From Macrostomum hystrix (taxonomy: Eukaryota > Animalia > Platyhelminthes), in NCBI GenBank assembly GCA_950097015.1, contig CATNEN010000030.1, forward strand, positions 1,240,001 to 1,304,000: DNA of 64,000 nucleotides, in the 5' to 3' direction. This document shows, piece after piece, positions 41,432 through 54,922 of this stretch. Below the pieces are notes generated by a model. It was not told where the DNA came from. It did no database searches and worked only from the letters and a program-made list of their open reading frames with translations. Position numbers and translations under genes: made by a program. Numbering within the stretch: position 1 is the first letter of the stretch; the number at the start of each line of letters is the position of its first letter.

Positions 41432-42330
41432 TTAACATTTTATAGGCTATGAAAGTGTACACATTATAGGTAAGGCGTCCAAATTGGGCCGTTTTAATGC
41501 GTATAGAACGTAACTTTATCTAGCTAGATAAGACTGTGGGATTGACTGTTTAAGGAGGTTCGTGATTTGATGATGATTTCTGAAATCCTCTCTTGCGCAA
41601 CTTTGATTTCCTGTCAGCCAGTGCACGGTCGCCAATCCCACCTCCCCAGGTATTGCTTGATTAAGTCGTCCACCTAGCAACCGAGGGGAGGGCGGGCTGG
41701 CAACAGTGAGCAAGCTCAAATTTTCTTGAGTTATTCAGCGAAAACTGATGAAAGCCAACGGTTATTAACAGACTGCTGAACGAGAAGGGAAAGCGTGACA
41801 GGCTAGAAGAGAATGCCACATTTTAGCTGAAGCATGAAATCAGTTCCAGCTGGAGTCGAGCCAGCAGGCGGCAACTCGATCGCAGAAGTCGATGATCGAT
41901 AATGAAACGAAGAGAGAAAAAATTAACGCAGTCGGATAGCCCGCCAATTTTCGCTGCAGGAAATTCTCCCAGCTCGAGTTATTTGAACCTGCGTGCAAAC
42001 AGTTTGACCCCCGCAACCCGCACGCATCCCCTCCCACTGGTTGTCAGGGGCCATAGTTTGCCTAGCTTTTTTCCCTCACCCAACTCAAAACCAACTCAAA
42101 CCCCATTCCTATTCTCTCCCGGCGCCAAAAAAGCAGGCAGCGGGCAGACTTAGGCTTGGGATGCCAGATAACATCACTTTCGCTATTCCACTGACACGTG
42201 TCTTCCACTGAAAACATTCGACACGCGGAACTCGAGCCCTCTGAACCCTCTCGTCCTCACTTCCTCAAGCCTTCATTTCACCTTGGTGTATTCAGTGATA
42301 GGAGAGACACTCGGGATGGGCACTCTGCCA

Positions 42331-42344
42331 GTTGCTATGGAAAC
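42331..42344. promoter_or_regulatory. Consensus RFX X-box, about 5 kb upstream of the HMG-box gene
   Basis: gttgctatggaaac fits GTTGCY-AT-GGNAAC. Confidence 0.5.
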
Positions 42345-42602
42345 TGCCGTCAAGCAGCATTTTTTTAATGGCGCCAGATCAGAAAAACCATGGCGACAGA
42401 GGCAAGACTTTCTCTCCCTGGCGAGCTTCCGGTAGGATGAGCGTCAAGGCGAACATTATGCCAGACCGACAGACGGCCCAACTGACCGGAAAGCAGTGAA
42501 TAGGGGATCATTCTTCCTGTCTGAGTTGACTGACAGGCGCTTCCGATCAGTGCACAGACCTCACACTCCCCAATTATGCAATGTCTCTGTGAAACCTGAG
42601 AT

Positions 42603-43297
42603 ATGAGACAGAGAAGAGAGGAGACAGGGGAGAGAGGAGACAGGGGAGAGAGGAGACAGGGGAGAGAGGAGACAGGGGAGAGAGGAGACAGGGGAGAGAG
42701 GAGACAGGGGAGAGAGGAGAGAGGGGAGAGAGGAGACAGGGGAGAGAGGAGACGGGAGAGAGGAGACAGGGGAGAGAGGAGAGAGGGGAGAGAGGAGACA
42801 GGGGAGAGAGGAGACAGGGGAGAGAGGAGACAGGGGAGAGATGAGACAGGGGAGAGATGAGACAGGGGAGAGAGCAGACAGGGGAGAGAGGAGACAGGGG
42901 AGAGAGGAGACGGGAGAGAGGAGACAGGGGAGAGAGGAGAGAGGGGAGAGAGGAGACAGGGGAGAGAGGAGAGAGGGGAGAGAGGAGACAGGGGAGAGAG
43001 GAGACGGGAGAGATGAGACAGGGGAGAGAGGAGACAGGGGAGAGAGGAGACAGGGGAGAGAGGAGACAGGGGAGAGAGGAGAGAGGGGAGAGAGGAGACA
43101 GGGGAGAGAGGAGACGGGAGAGAGGAGACAGGGGAGAGAGGAGAGAGGGGAGAGAGGAGACAGGGGAGAGAGGAGACAGGGGAGAGAGGAGACAGGGGAG
43201 AGAGGAGACAGGGGAGAGAGGAGAGAGGGGAGAGAGGAGACAGGGGAGAGAGGAGACGGGAGAGAGGAGACAGGGGAGAGAGGAGACAGGGGAGAGA
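42603..43297. repeat. 16-bp purine-rich minisatellite
   Basis: Unit gagacaggggagagag. Confidence 0.96.
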
Positions 43298-44424
43298 ATC
43301 TTAAGTGTACAGTGCGATTGCAAGTGAATATAAAGAAACGGTAGATATAGAACATATATAAGTGTTGAACAAGTGGAAGTAGATATCGAATTAAGGAAAG
43401 TACATACGCTCAGATTAGCATCAGAAGTAGCGGATGTGGAAATCAGAAATAACTGAAACTGACTCAACGTTTTCAACGAGATTCAACGATCTCAACCAGA
43501 GAAAATCAATTCAAGTTTAATTCCGATATTGACGGGTAACAAATGAAACAAAAAGCAAAAATATCTTTTTGTGGCTGCTGTGGGAAATTTTCCTTGCAAA
43601 TGAAGAACAGGACACGAAATCGCGGGTGCAAACAAGTAGAGGTTTAAACGGAAAAAAACTAATTTGAAAATCGAAGCCAACTGACGCTGTCCAGCTTCAT
43701 ACTTTCCAGAGCCAAGAAGCAGACAGAAGACAGAACAAGTTTGAAATGGGTGCCATTCCCGTCCATAGCTAGGCAGGTATTTCAGCCTGCCGGTGAAAGG
43801 AGTGTCATCGATCAAGGCAGCCCGTTATCGATGAAATTCCTGAACCCCAGCCTCCAACCCGCTGTTCCAGGAGCGCCTTGGGAAAGTGAAAAAAAACGTA
43901 GGTAACTGAGGCGCAATGAGGGCAGCTCGCGGAGACAGGAAAAACAGCCCTAGGTTGGCGGGACTGGCAGCTTCTGCGAAAGCGTACCTTGTTTACTTGG
44001 CTCCGCTCACCATTCCACGCGGGCACTTGAAATTTCGCAGAGAAGGTGCCTCTGTTATCCGGGATCAGTTCGGGTCACTTTTCTACCCAACGAAAATCTC
44101 CGCCCTGACTACCGGGCGCCTCCCTTGGGATTGCCTTGTCTGCCCTCCCCTGGGGAAGGCGGTTTGGGGCAAGAAGGATTTCGGAGGGCCGCCCGGCAAC
44201 CGAAAAACAGTTTCGGCCACTGCGGGCACACACGGAAGCCTGCGGGGGTGCCGCAGACTGTTGCAAAGGGGTCCCCCTATCTTTCCTCACTTGTATCTGA
44301 ATGCTTTGCTAACTAACTTAAAGCCTTAACGACATGCGTTCGGCATAGTTACTGGACATTGTAGAATTCAGAAATGGAAATTACACCTGTACCAGTGGTA
44401 CAAAAAACATAGGCTCTTCCAAAG

Positions 44425-44572
44425 GCTGTGTACAGCTGTTCAGTCCGTGGACTGAAATGGCCGCCGCACCTGCTCATATTTGCCAATTTGGTGAACTGAA
44501 GCTCAATGACAAGATTCGAACTCCCGACCTCTCCCTGTCAAAAGTCTATATCTTTAAGCACTGTCCTACATA
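44425..44572 (-). mobile_element. tRNA-derived SINE (palindrome-core family), minus strand
   Basis: Minus strand reads taggacagtgcttaa...ggtcgggagttcgaatc...cagtccacggactgaacagctgtacacagc. Confidence 0.65.
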
Positions 44573-45978
44573 CAGTCTGTTGGACATTGCGCAGCAACTG
44601 GTTAGCTATAAGTGAAGCATTTTGAGAGCAGCTATAAAAATTCAACAAAATCCTACAAGTTTCTAAAATAATTAACAGCACAGGTGGCAATGCATTAACG
44701 AATTATGTAGTATGAGGACATGTTGAAACGGAAAATATAAACAAGCTCGATCAAGCCTTCCAGTCTACGATGATGGATGATGGATGCGCCACAGAGGTAG
44801 GGCCACACAGTGAGCCCCAGGCAGATCAGTGAGCCGAGAGCTGTTGGTCGAATAATTTCTCTAGAAGAACCAACGGAGGCTTATAAGATTGCCGGGTGCA
44901 GTCTGGGCGGACAGGAAGCAGGAAATCACATTGCGGAGCGGCCGGCTCTGACAGCCTACAAGACAGGAGACAGGGAGACAGGATCAGACATGGGAAGCTA
45001 GACAGGGAAAGTATTAGACTTAGGGAATAACTGAACAGATAGGGATCAGTCATCGTATAATACTGCTTTAAGCTCGATACAAATACAGCAAGCGGGGGAA
45101 GCCTCAAAGAAAATCTGTCCCATCCTAACTAAAAAGAAAATGGGGTCCATAGAGAGAAAATCCTATTTGACAGAAAGCCTCGACAGACTGGGTGCCTATC
45201 AGACAACTGTTATTCAATTAAGTAGCCTGCTGAGCACACCTGCTCAACGTGAGATTCCAAATGGTCCAAAGGATTTCTTTAGATTCGGTACAGTTCCTGT
45301 TTCAGAACTCCCAAATGTGGGTCAAATTATCTAGCTTCTTTTTAGATTCTGCACTGAATCGTTCATTGTTCAGCTTCATGCATCAGAAATCGCAACCTTT
45401 TTGTTGCAGCTCTGGGAATCGAGCTGATGCCAGTGCTATTATGCGTATGGAGGCCTGCCATGGACCAGATGCTGCTTTTCCGCATAGTCCAACTGTTCTG
45501 AAATTGTTCAGGCAGTTTTGGAGATTTAGCAGAGCAGAAAATTTTTGGGAGGAAAAAAACTAGTTAGCTGAATAAGTGGCTACCTATGCGTCAAGGCGCA
45601 CTGCAGAAAAAAATCTTCGCGGGCCCACCGTGCTATGCTAGCTGGGAAATATCCCCAACTTCCCAAAATGCCGCTGACTCAATATTCCCAATCTACTCAA
45701 CCATTCCAGACCGCCCCTACGCCGCCATCTCCCGGGCGCTGAGCTGATTTCCGGTCTCCTGAAATGCGGACAGTGAGATCCCAGCTAAAAGCAGGCTAAG
45801 CGTCGAACCCCGGACCCGGCCCACACGGCACACTCACGCATCGCTGCTCCCGCCGCTTCATCGCGCGGGGTCGCTGCTTTCAAAAAGCTGCAGAGAAATA
45901 ATCTGTCATGTCTTCCCCTTAAAAATCCTCAGCAACATCTGCATGGCTTCTCACACTGTCCAATCTCATTGCATGGAC

Positions 45979-46660
45979 CAGGGATCGGCAAACTTATTAG
46001 CGTGCAGGCCACGTTGAGAAACTAGAATACGACAGCGGGCCCGATTAACTGTATGAATATGAGACAGGGGAGAGATGAGACAGAGGAGAGATGAGATTCT
46101 GAATCTTACCTGATTCGGAGAGATGAGACAGGGTAGAGATGAGACAGGGGAGATATGAGACAGGGAGGGATGAGACAGGGTAGAGATGAGACAGGGGAGA
46201 TATGAGACAGGGGAGAGATGCGACAGGGAAGGGATGAGACGGGAGAGATGAGACAGCGAAGGGATGAGACAGGGGAGGGATGAGACAGTGGAGAGATGAG
46301 ACAGGGGAGATATGAGACAGGGAGGGATGAGACAGGGGAGAGACGAGACAGCTGAGGGATGAGACAGGGGAGATATGAGACAGGGGAGGGATGAGACAGG
46401 GTAGAGATGAGACAGGGGAGATATGAGACAGGGGAGATATGAGACAAGGGAGGGATGAGACAGGGGAGAGACGAGACAGCGGAGAGACGAGACAGCGGAG
46501 GGATGAGACAGGGGAGATATAAGACAGGGGAGATATGAGACAGGTGAGAGATGAGACAGGGGAGAGATGAGTCAGGATACTGTGGGTGATGGAAGGGGCA
46601 ACGGGTCATATTTGGGAGCTTCGAGGGCCGCATCTGGCCCGCGGGCCGGGTCTGCAATAG
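45979..46660 (+). mobile_element. hAT (Charlie-like) MITE enclosing a 16-bp minisatellite
   Basis: Left end cagggatcggcaaact; internal array of gagacaggggagagat (46063-46572); right subterminal gggagcttcgagggccgcatctggcccgcgggccgg; right TIR decayed. Confidence 0.75.
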
Positions 46661-47084
46661 ACTATAGAGCTAACTAACTGTGTGCTCAATGCATTTACCA
46701 GATTCTGTGGTTTTTAAGAGAAACATATAACTTAAACCATCTCTATAGAATTCATATTCGGTCTAATTGAAATGCAATATGAAGTAAAATTTGCCAAAAT
46801 CATAAAACAGTTTACTCAGCAGCGATTGCGCTGGCACAGTTTGTTCAAGATGTCCCAGTTTTTGCTGCTCAGTTAGGCAGCCTGTCTGTTTTGAATGTAG
46901 CAATCCTACCTGAGAGAGTATAAACAATCAGTTCTGACTTTAATTAAATATTCAACACAACCGTTTTCTGGTGCATGAATTTTCCAAGATTTTATGATTC
47001 CATGTAGCTCAGCGGTCGGCAAAATCCCGCCCTATGCCAAATACGAAGGCAAAGATCCTGAAACGGCCCATTGACACTCTCAAA

Positions 47085-47455
47085 TCTCTCCCCTGTCTCA
47101 TCTCTCCCCTGTCACATCTCTGCCCTGTCTCATCTCTCCCCTGTCTCATCTCTCCCTGTCTCATCTCTCCCCTGTCTCATCTCTCCCCTGTCTCATCTCT
47201 CCCCTGTCTCATCTCTCCCCTGTCTCATCCCTCCCCTGTCTCATCCCTTCCCTGTCTCATCCCTCCCCTGTCTCATCCCTCCCCTGTCTCATCTCTCCCC
47301 TGTCTCATCACTCCCCTGTCTCATATATCCCCTGTCTCATCTCTCCCCTGTCTCATCTCTCCCCTGTCTCATCTCTCCCCTGTCTCATCTCTCCCCTGTC
47401 TCATCTCTCCCCTATCTCATCACTCCCCTGTCTCATCTCTCCCCTGTCTTATCTC
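47085..47455. repeat. 16-bp minisatellite (reverse orientation of the 46-kb unit)
   Basis: Unit atctctcccctgtctc. Confidence 0.96.
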
Positions 47456-50400
47456 CCCACATTGCTTTTTGGCATTGATTGTGAACTATTTAATGTTATT
47501 TCAAAAACCATTAGACCGACAAGCAGTTAACCAGCCCTTAACTCACTCGCGGAAGGCAGTCAGAAATGTTTGAGGGTAGATGTGTCGAGCTAAATCCCAA
47601 CTTGAACTCATCTGGCATCATCATCCGGACGGCTTTTTGGGGGTTGGCAGGTTTGGAAAAGAAAATGGGAGCGGGGGTTGCAGCGGTGATTGGGGCGGAA
47701 TCGAGCTTCATTAGCAATTCAATCGGAAGTGATTAATGCGAATGTGAGGTCCGCGGGACGCGTGCCTTTGGGACGGCTTGAGGATCGAAATGGGGCCCGG
47801 GGGAGGCGTGTCCCGCCGAGTCTGAAGCCTAAAGGCGGAGAGCGCAGGATTATAGCTAAAATTTGTTGGAAAAGTGTGCTCAGCGGAGATGAGATCAGAC
47901 ACAACTTGAGCGGATTAAAAGGCGGAAAATGTGACAGACAAATGAGCTGCTCTCATTCAGCTAAATCCACCTGGTAGACTGCTGAGCTGGCCCAGTTTTC
48001 AGAGCAAATCATCAAGCTATTTCTTGATTCGGCAAGATCTCACATTGTGTCTCCTAAATGGACTAAAAGAGTGTTTGGTAATCGGACTCCAAGCTCAGTG
48101 CTTGTATATGTGTTAGTGTGTTTGCAGGCAAGTTGCGCAATCACCCACCGACAAGGCTTGGCTGCTTAAAGAATAGTGAAAGATTGCGTCACAAACTTCT
48201 CTTGTCACCTCTGACCGCCTGCGACAGAAGATCGAGAACGGGGGTCCATTATCCCCTCCACCACCACCGCCTGCAGCTGCTAGCAGACGGACAAGATCAC
48301 GGGCACTCATTATCCCCCAAACCCCCTAATTGAAATTGGTTCCCGTTGAAAGTCTGGAGAACAATAGGCCTGATAGACACAGGGTTAGGCTGTGAAGCGA
48401 GACGAAATCAGACCCTTTTAATAATTTTGGTGTTCTAGGTCTTCGACCTTACAGTGACCCTTGTCCATTTCGAGAGCCCACAAGTAGGAAGGCGGGCCAC
48501 TTTCGTGTCCGCTAATGCAGACATAATTTGGCACTTTTCTGAAGTTAAGTGTCGACCCCGTGGGGTGAGTATCTCGAGTAGTTTTCGCTTGGATTCACAT
48601 TCTAAATCAACTCAGCTCAGTAGCTTTCCCTGATTTCTAAAATATTCTATGTACTCAAGATTTTACTCATTCGTTTCTTGAAGTAGATTTTTTGAATCAT
48701 TAGAATTAGAATGAGCAAACCAACCGTGCTGAAATATTACCTTTTTTAACTCGTCTTACCGATAGCTCTGACAGTCTCTTTCGTCACCCTTCATTAATCA
48801 AAGGTAAAATAATAAATTAGCATTTTGCAAATGCTACTAAAAGCAAAAAAACTGCTAACTAGAATCTGTGGAAATACGATATATTTTTGCTATTCGCTAA
48901 AATAGAGGCATTGATGCGTCTTAAAAAAGTGAAATACGAAGCCGTATTTACCTATGTATGACGGGTATAACTAGGAATTGAGGGACTAAATTTGTATGCA
49001 AATTTAGATTAATAAAATGTACAGTAAATAACCCCGTTACGGTTGGACAGCTTATAGTAAACAAGCAATGCAATTACAAAAGCCAGTGCTCAAGCAAAGC
49101 GTTTCAGTTACTCAAACCTGGCGTTAGTTTTAAACGTGCATTTTCGTGTCACGGAGGCCTACCTGTGTTCCAATAATATGCAAATTAAACTATCTCCGAT
49201 ACTTTGTAGCTGGACCTGTGACTGTTCTGATTTCCATGCTTTCTGTTGCGACAATTTCAAAATGATTTTGTTATATTTTTCTAGAAAATTCCACTTTGCC
49301 ACAGACACACCAAAATAACATTAAAAACCTGGGAGATTGCCTGCGGGCACACCTGCCAGGGCCAACACGCAGCAGGTGGTGTTCTCATGGCGCCCCAGCC
49401 CCTCAACCCATCCGCAAGCAGCAGAGAGGATGAAGGCCGCGAGCTGGGCACGCGTCTAAATCAGGGGGGATTTTTTTCGCTATACAGTAATGGGAGACGG
49501 CCGGGCATTAATTTTCCCGCCGGGGGCACGCCCGGCTGAAATGGCTCACCACCCCGCCACGGCATTCGAACCAAAAGACGTTTTTTTCTCTAGCCATAGT
49601 TTGGCCATAGACGAAAATAACCCGATACCAATTAGGGGCAGGGAGACCGCCCTCTGATTGAATTTCCTTCCTCTTCCGCTTCAGCCACCCCGGAGGCTTT
49701 CCACAGGCCCTCCTAGCCTCCCCCAGCACAGCTCACTCGGAAGCAGAAGATTCTAAGAAAGTAACAGGTGTTCCCGGAGGCGGCGGCGTCCCCAGCAAAC
49801 CCTTTCACTCGTTTTTGCTTTAGTTAATTGGGCCTGGACGGAAGGGGCACGATTCCTCATTAATGACGGGTTGACGGCCTTTGGGTTGGTGACTCTGTCT
49901 GGGGTGCTGCACTGCTCACACCTGTTCAAGCTCACACGCGCAGTCCAACTCAAGCCAACAACGCTGGCACAACGGGGGGAGGCGGAACAATGGCCGACTT
50001 TGATGGCCCGCCCAATTTTGTCTCCGACTACAGCAAAACTGAATAAAAACGGCAGAAAATGATCGATTACGTAAAAAACTGGTTGCGTTAGTGAGAAAAA
50101 AGGTGAGAGAGTTGAGAACTCGCGGCTGAGACAACGCAATAGAGAGAGCGCGAGATTGTGCTTCAGGGCGTTGCTGGGGCAGGGAGCGAAGTTCGAAAGC
50201 TTGTTTGCGTCATTGACAATTTCATTTACTCACAGCGGTGTGCTCAGTGGCAGCTGATTGCGCAGGTGAGCTCAGAGCTTTCTCAAAATTTCCTCCTATT
50301 TCCCGTGTTGCTATGACCATAGGCTTAATGATTGATTGATAAACTGATAATGAGCAAAAATATTTTTATTCTCCAGGGTAGGACTTTGGAGTTGGCCTGA

Positions 50401-50507
50401 AGTAATCAAGGATTGCGCAAGATCCGTTGATAAAGATGGTTCCGGAAGCAGGTCAGCCACAGATCTTAATCTAGCCCCCTCATACACCCAACCTCTCTCG
50501 TGTTTCA

Positions 50508-50945
50508 ACTCTCCCCGGTCTCATCTCTTCTCTGTCTTATCTCTCTACTGTCTTATCTCTCGCCTGTCTCATCTCTCCCCTGTCTCATCTCTCCCCTGTC
50601 TCATCTCTCCCCTGTCTCATCTCTCCCCTGTCTCATCTCTCCCCTGTCTCACCTCTCCCCTGTCTCATCTCTCCCCTGTCTCATCTCTCCCCTGTCTCAT
50701 CTCTCCCCTGTCTCACCTCTCCCCTGTCTCATCTCTCCCCTGTCTCATCTCTCCCCTGTCTCATCTCTCCCCTGTCTCCTCTCTCCCCTGTCTCATCTCT
50801 CCCCTGTCTCATCTCTCTACTGTCTCAGCTTTCCCTCCTATGTCATCTCTCCCTTGCCTTCCCGGCCCGCTATCGTATTTGTGACCCAAGATGTGTATAA
50901 GCTTGGCCCTACCTGCTCTGCGGAGTTGGCCAACTCAAACTCGTG
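50508..50945 (-). repeat. 16-bp minisatellite with an adjacent MITE left-end remnant
   Basis: Array of atctctcccctgtctc (50508-50850); ggcccgctatcgtatt (50864-50879) is the reverse complement of 46026-46041 at 15 of 16 positions. Confidence 0.9.
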
Positions 50946-53321
50946 TCTCGCTAATTGAGATATCAACACGAATAATTGCCAAATTGGAGAATTCGAGGAT
51001 TATGAAAGCTTTATCAGCTATTATTATTCCGTTGCTAATGACCGGGCACCTTGCGCCACCCGCCTCTAACAGAATATGGTCTTATGAGCATATTCTGAGC
51101 ACATTCGATTCTACCGTCTCAACCGAAGCATATGGAGGCATTGCCGGGTGCGGACAGCTCAGAGGGCCGCGTCAAAGTCAAACAAAAGAATTTCAATTGG
51201 ACACTTCTAAGCTCCGCCGGAACACTCCAGTTTTCCCCTATTGGCCTCTGTCCTCTCCTGTCTGAATTTTCGATTTTCGAAGCATGGCAACCGAGCATTG
51301 AATTAGTTACAGTCAGCCAGCGCATCTATATAGGTTGGGGTGTCCCCCCTCTAGCCACGAGCTCCAAGTGTCATGCAAATTTTGCCGCAGGGCTAGCAAA
51401 CACTGAGTGTGTGCGTGTGTGTGACGGACGTCTGAGAATTGCTTGATTGAGTTTTAAGACTCGTCACATCGGAACTGGTGGGTAGAACTGGGGTTTCCTA
51501 GTAAACTAAGCAGTTTTTGAGGAGGGGAGGAAGGAGCAGTATAACGCAGGTGCCTCGCCGGTTCCCAAGCAATGTCCCAATAACATACTCCACTCAATCT
51601 TGAGCCTCAAATTTATTTTCGAGTACCCTCAAAACCCGTCTGTACTCCGCGAACAGCAGACACCGACTGCCGTACGGATGTGGCAATTTTGAGCGACAAG
51701 AGGACACACACACACACCTTGCTCACAGACTATTTATATCAGTGTCTAGCACCGTTTTCTATAGCTTTCCTTTTGCCCATTCGTTACTCAATTCTCCCAT
51801 CAGTTCTGGCGCCTTGGAGTCTGAGAATGGCCCAGAAAGAGTTTTTTTATTGCTCCAGTTTCTGAGACTCGGAAAATTTGACCGATGCATCTGGTCGGGT
51901 CGTGCCACAGGTGACGCTCCTTACCTACCCTGTCCGTCAAACTCAACTTGCTCAACTTGAAGAAGAAAAATGCTTGTTCTCGCTTCTTTTGAGAAAGAGC
52001 CCTATTATTTCCGTTCTCCTGTCCTGGGCAGGCCTGGGCTTGTTGAGCTGAGCAGTTGTGCTTTTTTACCAGGTTATTAACTTTGAGCCAGCTGGATTTC
52101 GCTGCATGAGAAAATTATTTTAGCAGTGAATAAACTCAGTAAAGTATCGCGTTGTCAAGGCCATTCCTAATGTAAAATTATTGTATCTATTTGTTTAACT
52201 GAATCTAAACCATCATGCTGCCGCCTGTGTTTTGCATCCAGGTACCGGGGAGGAAGAGAGTCTCAGCAAAGAATTTTGCCATCATTTTTCAGAGGCCTTG
52301 TTGAATGCGACAGTTCAAGACCACATTCGATACCGACAGCAATTCAGCAGGGTGAAATCAATGATTTGATCTAAAAATGGCATCCACTAAGCTGGAATTC
52401 GAACTCACGACCTCTCAGTCAGAATTTCTAGGAAAGAAGCCGAAAAAAACACAAGAAAAACACAAAAATTATAGCAAAAAATCTGAATTAATTCTTTTTT
52501 GTTATACCCTGCAATGATCGAACCGATCAGAGATCGGAAGTCGCATCTGTGAAAATAGAGCCTTTTCTGTCTTCAATGTACCCCTCCGCCCTTCGCAACT
52601 GTCAGAACTATGTCAAATTGAAAACCCCCCCACCAATCCGCATTGCAATCTCGCAGTTTTCTAGGGCCATGGGAAGATATTTTTTCTCTCACTCCTGTTT
52701 CAAAGCCCCCTGGCCCCTACCCGCCTTGCCCAACCCTCGAGGCTTCAAGCCTGTCAATGCCTGGCGCAGACGCCGACCTGTCACATTGCGCTCGGCGTAA
52801 GCAAATAAACACACACACGGGAGAGAGAGAGAGGGGCTCTGAAGGAACGCCCCCGCTGGCGCCACCGAGTGAGATTCAGCGCTTGAGGAATCTTTGGGGC
52901 CTATTATTATTATTAATATTATTATTATTATTATTAGTCCCTTTTTAACTGGCTATACCTTAATTATGAGTTTTTCCTATCCCGCCTGTGTCTCAGCCTC
53001 TCCGCGTCCCATTTTGGTCGCCCCGCGGCGGGGTTTCCGATTTCATGGAATTCCAGCGATGCTCCCCGACACCCCCGCTGTGAGTGCGTGTGTGTCTTTC
53101 TGGCCATAGACTATTGCTGCAGTAGAAGATGCAGGCCAACCCGACCTCTCTGGCTTGTCTCCTGCTGATCAGGTAGATGGCTCAGCTGGAGGCTCAGTTT
53201 GATTGACAGGCATTCGATAGGAATTTGATCCCACTGGGGCACGGGTCAGGGAGGGTCAGTTTCACGATTGGCCATTGCTGCTTTTCTTGTTTTTTATCTC
53301 TAAAAAGACCCCCGAGAACTC

Positions 53322-54922
53322 TGAGAGATTCCAGGCGATAGAGATGTCAGGTGGGAGAGATGTCAGGTGGGAGAGATGTCAGGTAAGAGAGATGTCAGGT
53401 GGGAGAGATTCCAGGCGATAGAGATGTCAGGTGGGAGAGATGTCAGGTGGGAGAGATGTCAGGTGGGAGAGATGTCAGTCGGGAGAGATGTCAGGTGGGA
53501 GAGATGTCAGGTGGGAGAGATGTCAGGCGATAGAGATGTCAGGTGGGAGAGATGTCAGGATGGAGAGATGTCAGTCGGGAGAGATGTCAGGATGGAGAGA
53601 TGTCAGTCGGGAGAGATGTCAGGTGGGAGAGATGTCAGTCGGGGGAGATGTCAGGTGGGAGAGATGTCAGGTGGGAGAGATGTCAGGTGGGAGAGATGTC
53701 AGGTGGGAGAGATGTCAGGTGGGAGAGATGTCAGTCGGGAGAGATGTCAGGTGGGAGAGATGTCAGTCGGGAGAGATGTCAGGTGGGAGAGATGTCAGGT
53801 GGGAGAGATGTCAGGTGGGAGAGATGTCAGGTGGGAGAGATGTCAGGTAAGAGAGATGTCAGGTGGGAGAGATTCCAGGCGATAGAGATGTCAGGTGGGA
53901 GAGATGTCAGGTGGGAGAGATGTCAGGTGGGAGAGATGTCAGTCGGGAGAGATGTCAGGTGGGAGAGATGTCAGGTGGGAGAGATGTCAGGCGATAGAGA
54001 TGTCAGGTGGGAGAGATGTCAGGATGGAGAGATGTCAGTCGGGAGAGATGTCAGGATGGAGAGATGTCAGTCGGGAGAGATGTCAGGTGGGAGAGATGTC
54101 AGTCGGGGGAGATGTCAGGTGGGAGAGATGTCAGGTGGGAGAGATGTCAGGTGGGAGAGATGTCAGGTGGGAGAGATGTCAGGTGGGAGAGATGTCAGGT
54201 GGGAGAGATGTCAGGTGGGAGAGATGTCAGTCGGGAGAGATGTCAGGTGGGAGAGATGTCAGTCGGGAGAGATGTCAGGTGGGAGAGATGTCAGGTGGGA
54301 GAGATGTCAGTCGGGAGAGATGTCAGGTGGGAGAGATGTCAGTCGGGAGAGATGTCAGGTGGGAGAGATGTCAGGTGGGAGAGATGTCAGTCGGGAGAGA
54401 TGTCAGGTGGGAGAGATGTCAGGTGGGAGAGATGTCAGGTGGGAGAGATGTCAGTCGGGAGAGATGTCAGGTGGGAGAGATGTCAGTCGGGAGAGATGTC
54501 AGGTGGGAGAGATGTCAGGTGGGAGAGATGTCAGTCGGGAGAGATGTCAGGTGGGAGAGATGTCAGTCGGGAGAGATGTCAGGTGGGAGAGATGTCAGGT
54601 GGGAGAGATGTCAGGTGGGAGAGATGTCAGGTGGGAGAGATGTCAGGTGGGAGAGATGTCAGGTGGGAGAGATGTCAGTCGGGAGAGATGTCAGGTGGGA
54701 GAGATGTCAGGTTGGAGAGATGTCAGGTGGGAGAGATGTCAGGTTGGAGAGATGTCAGGTGGGAGAGATGTCAGGTGGGAGAGATGTCAGTCGGGAGAGA
54801 TGTCAGGTGGGAGAGATGTCAGGTAAGAGAGATGTCAGGTGGGAGAGATGTCAGGTGGGAGAGATGTCAGGTGGGAGAGATGTCAGGTGGGAGAGATGTC
54901 AGGTGGGAGAGATGTCAGGTGA
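53322..54922. repeat. 16-bp minisatellite, about 100 copies
   Basis: Unit gagagatgtcaggtgg with gtcgg/gatgg/ggcgat variants. Confidence 0.97.
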
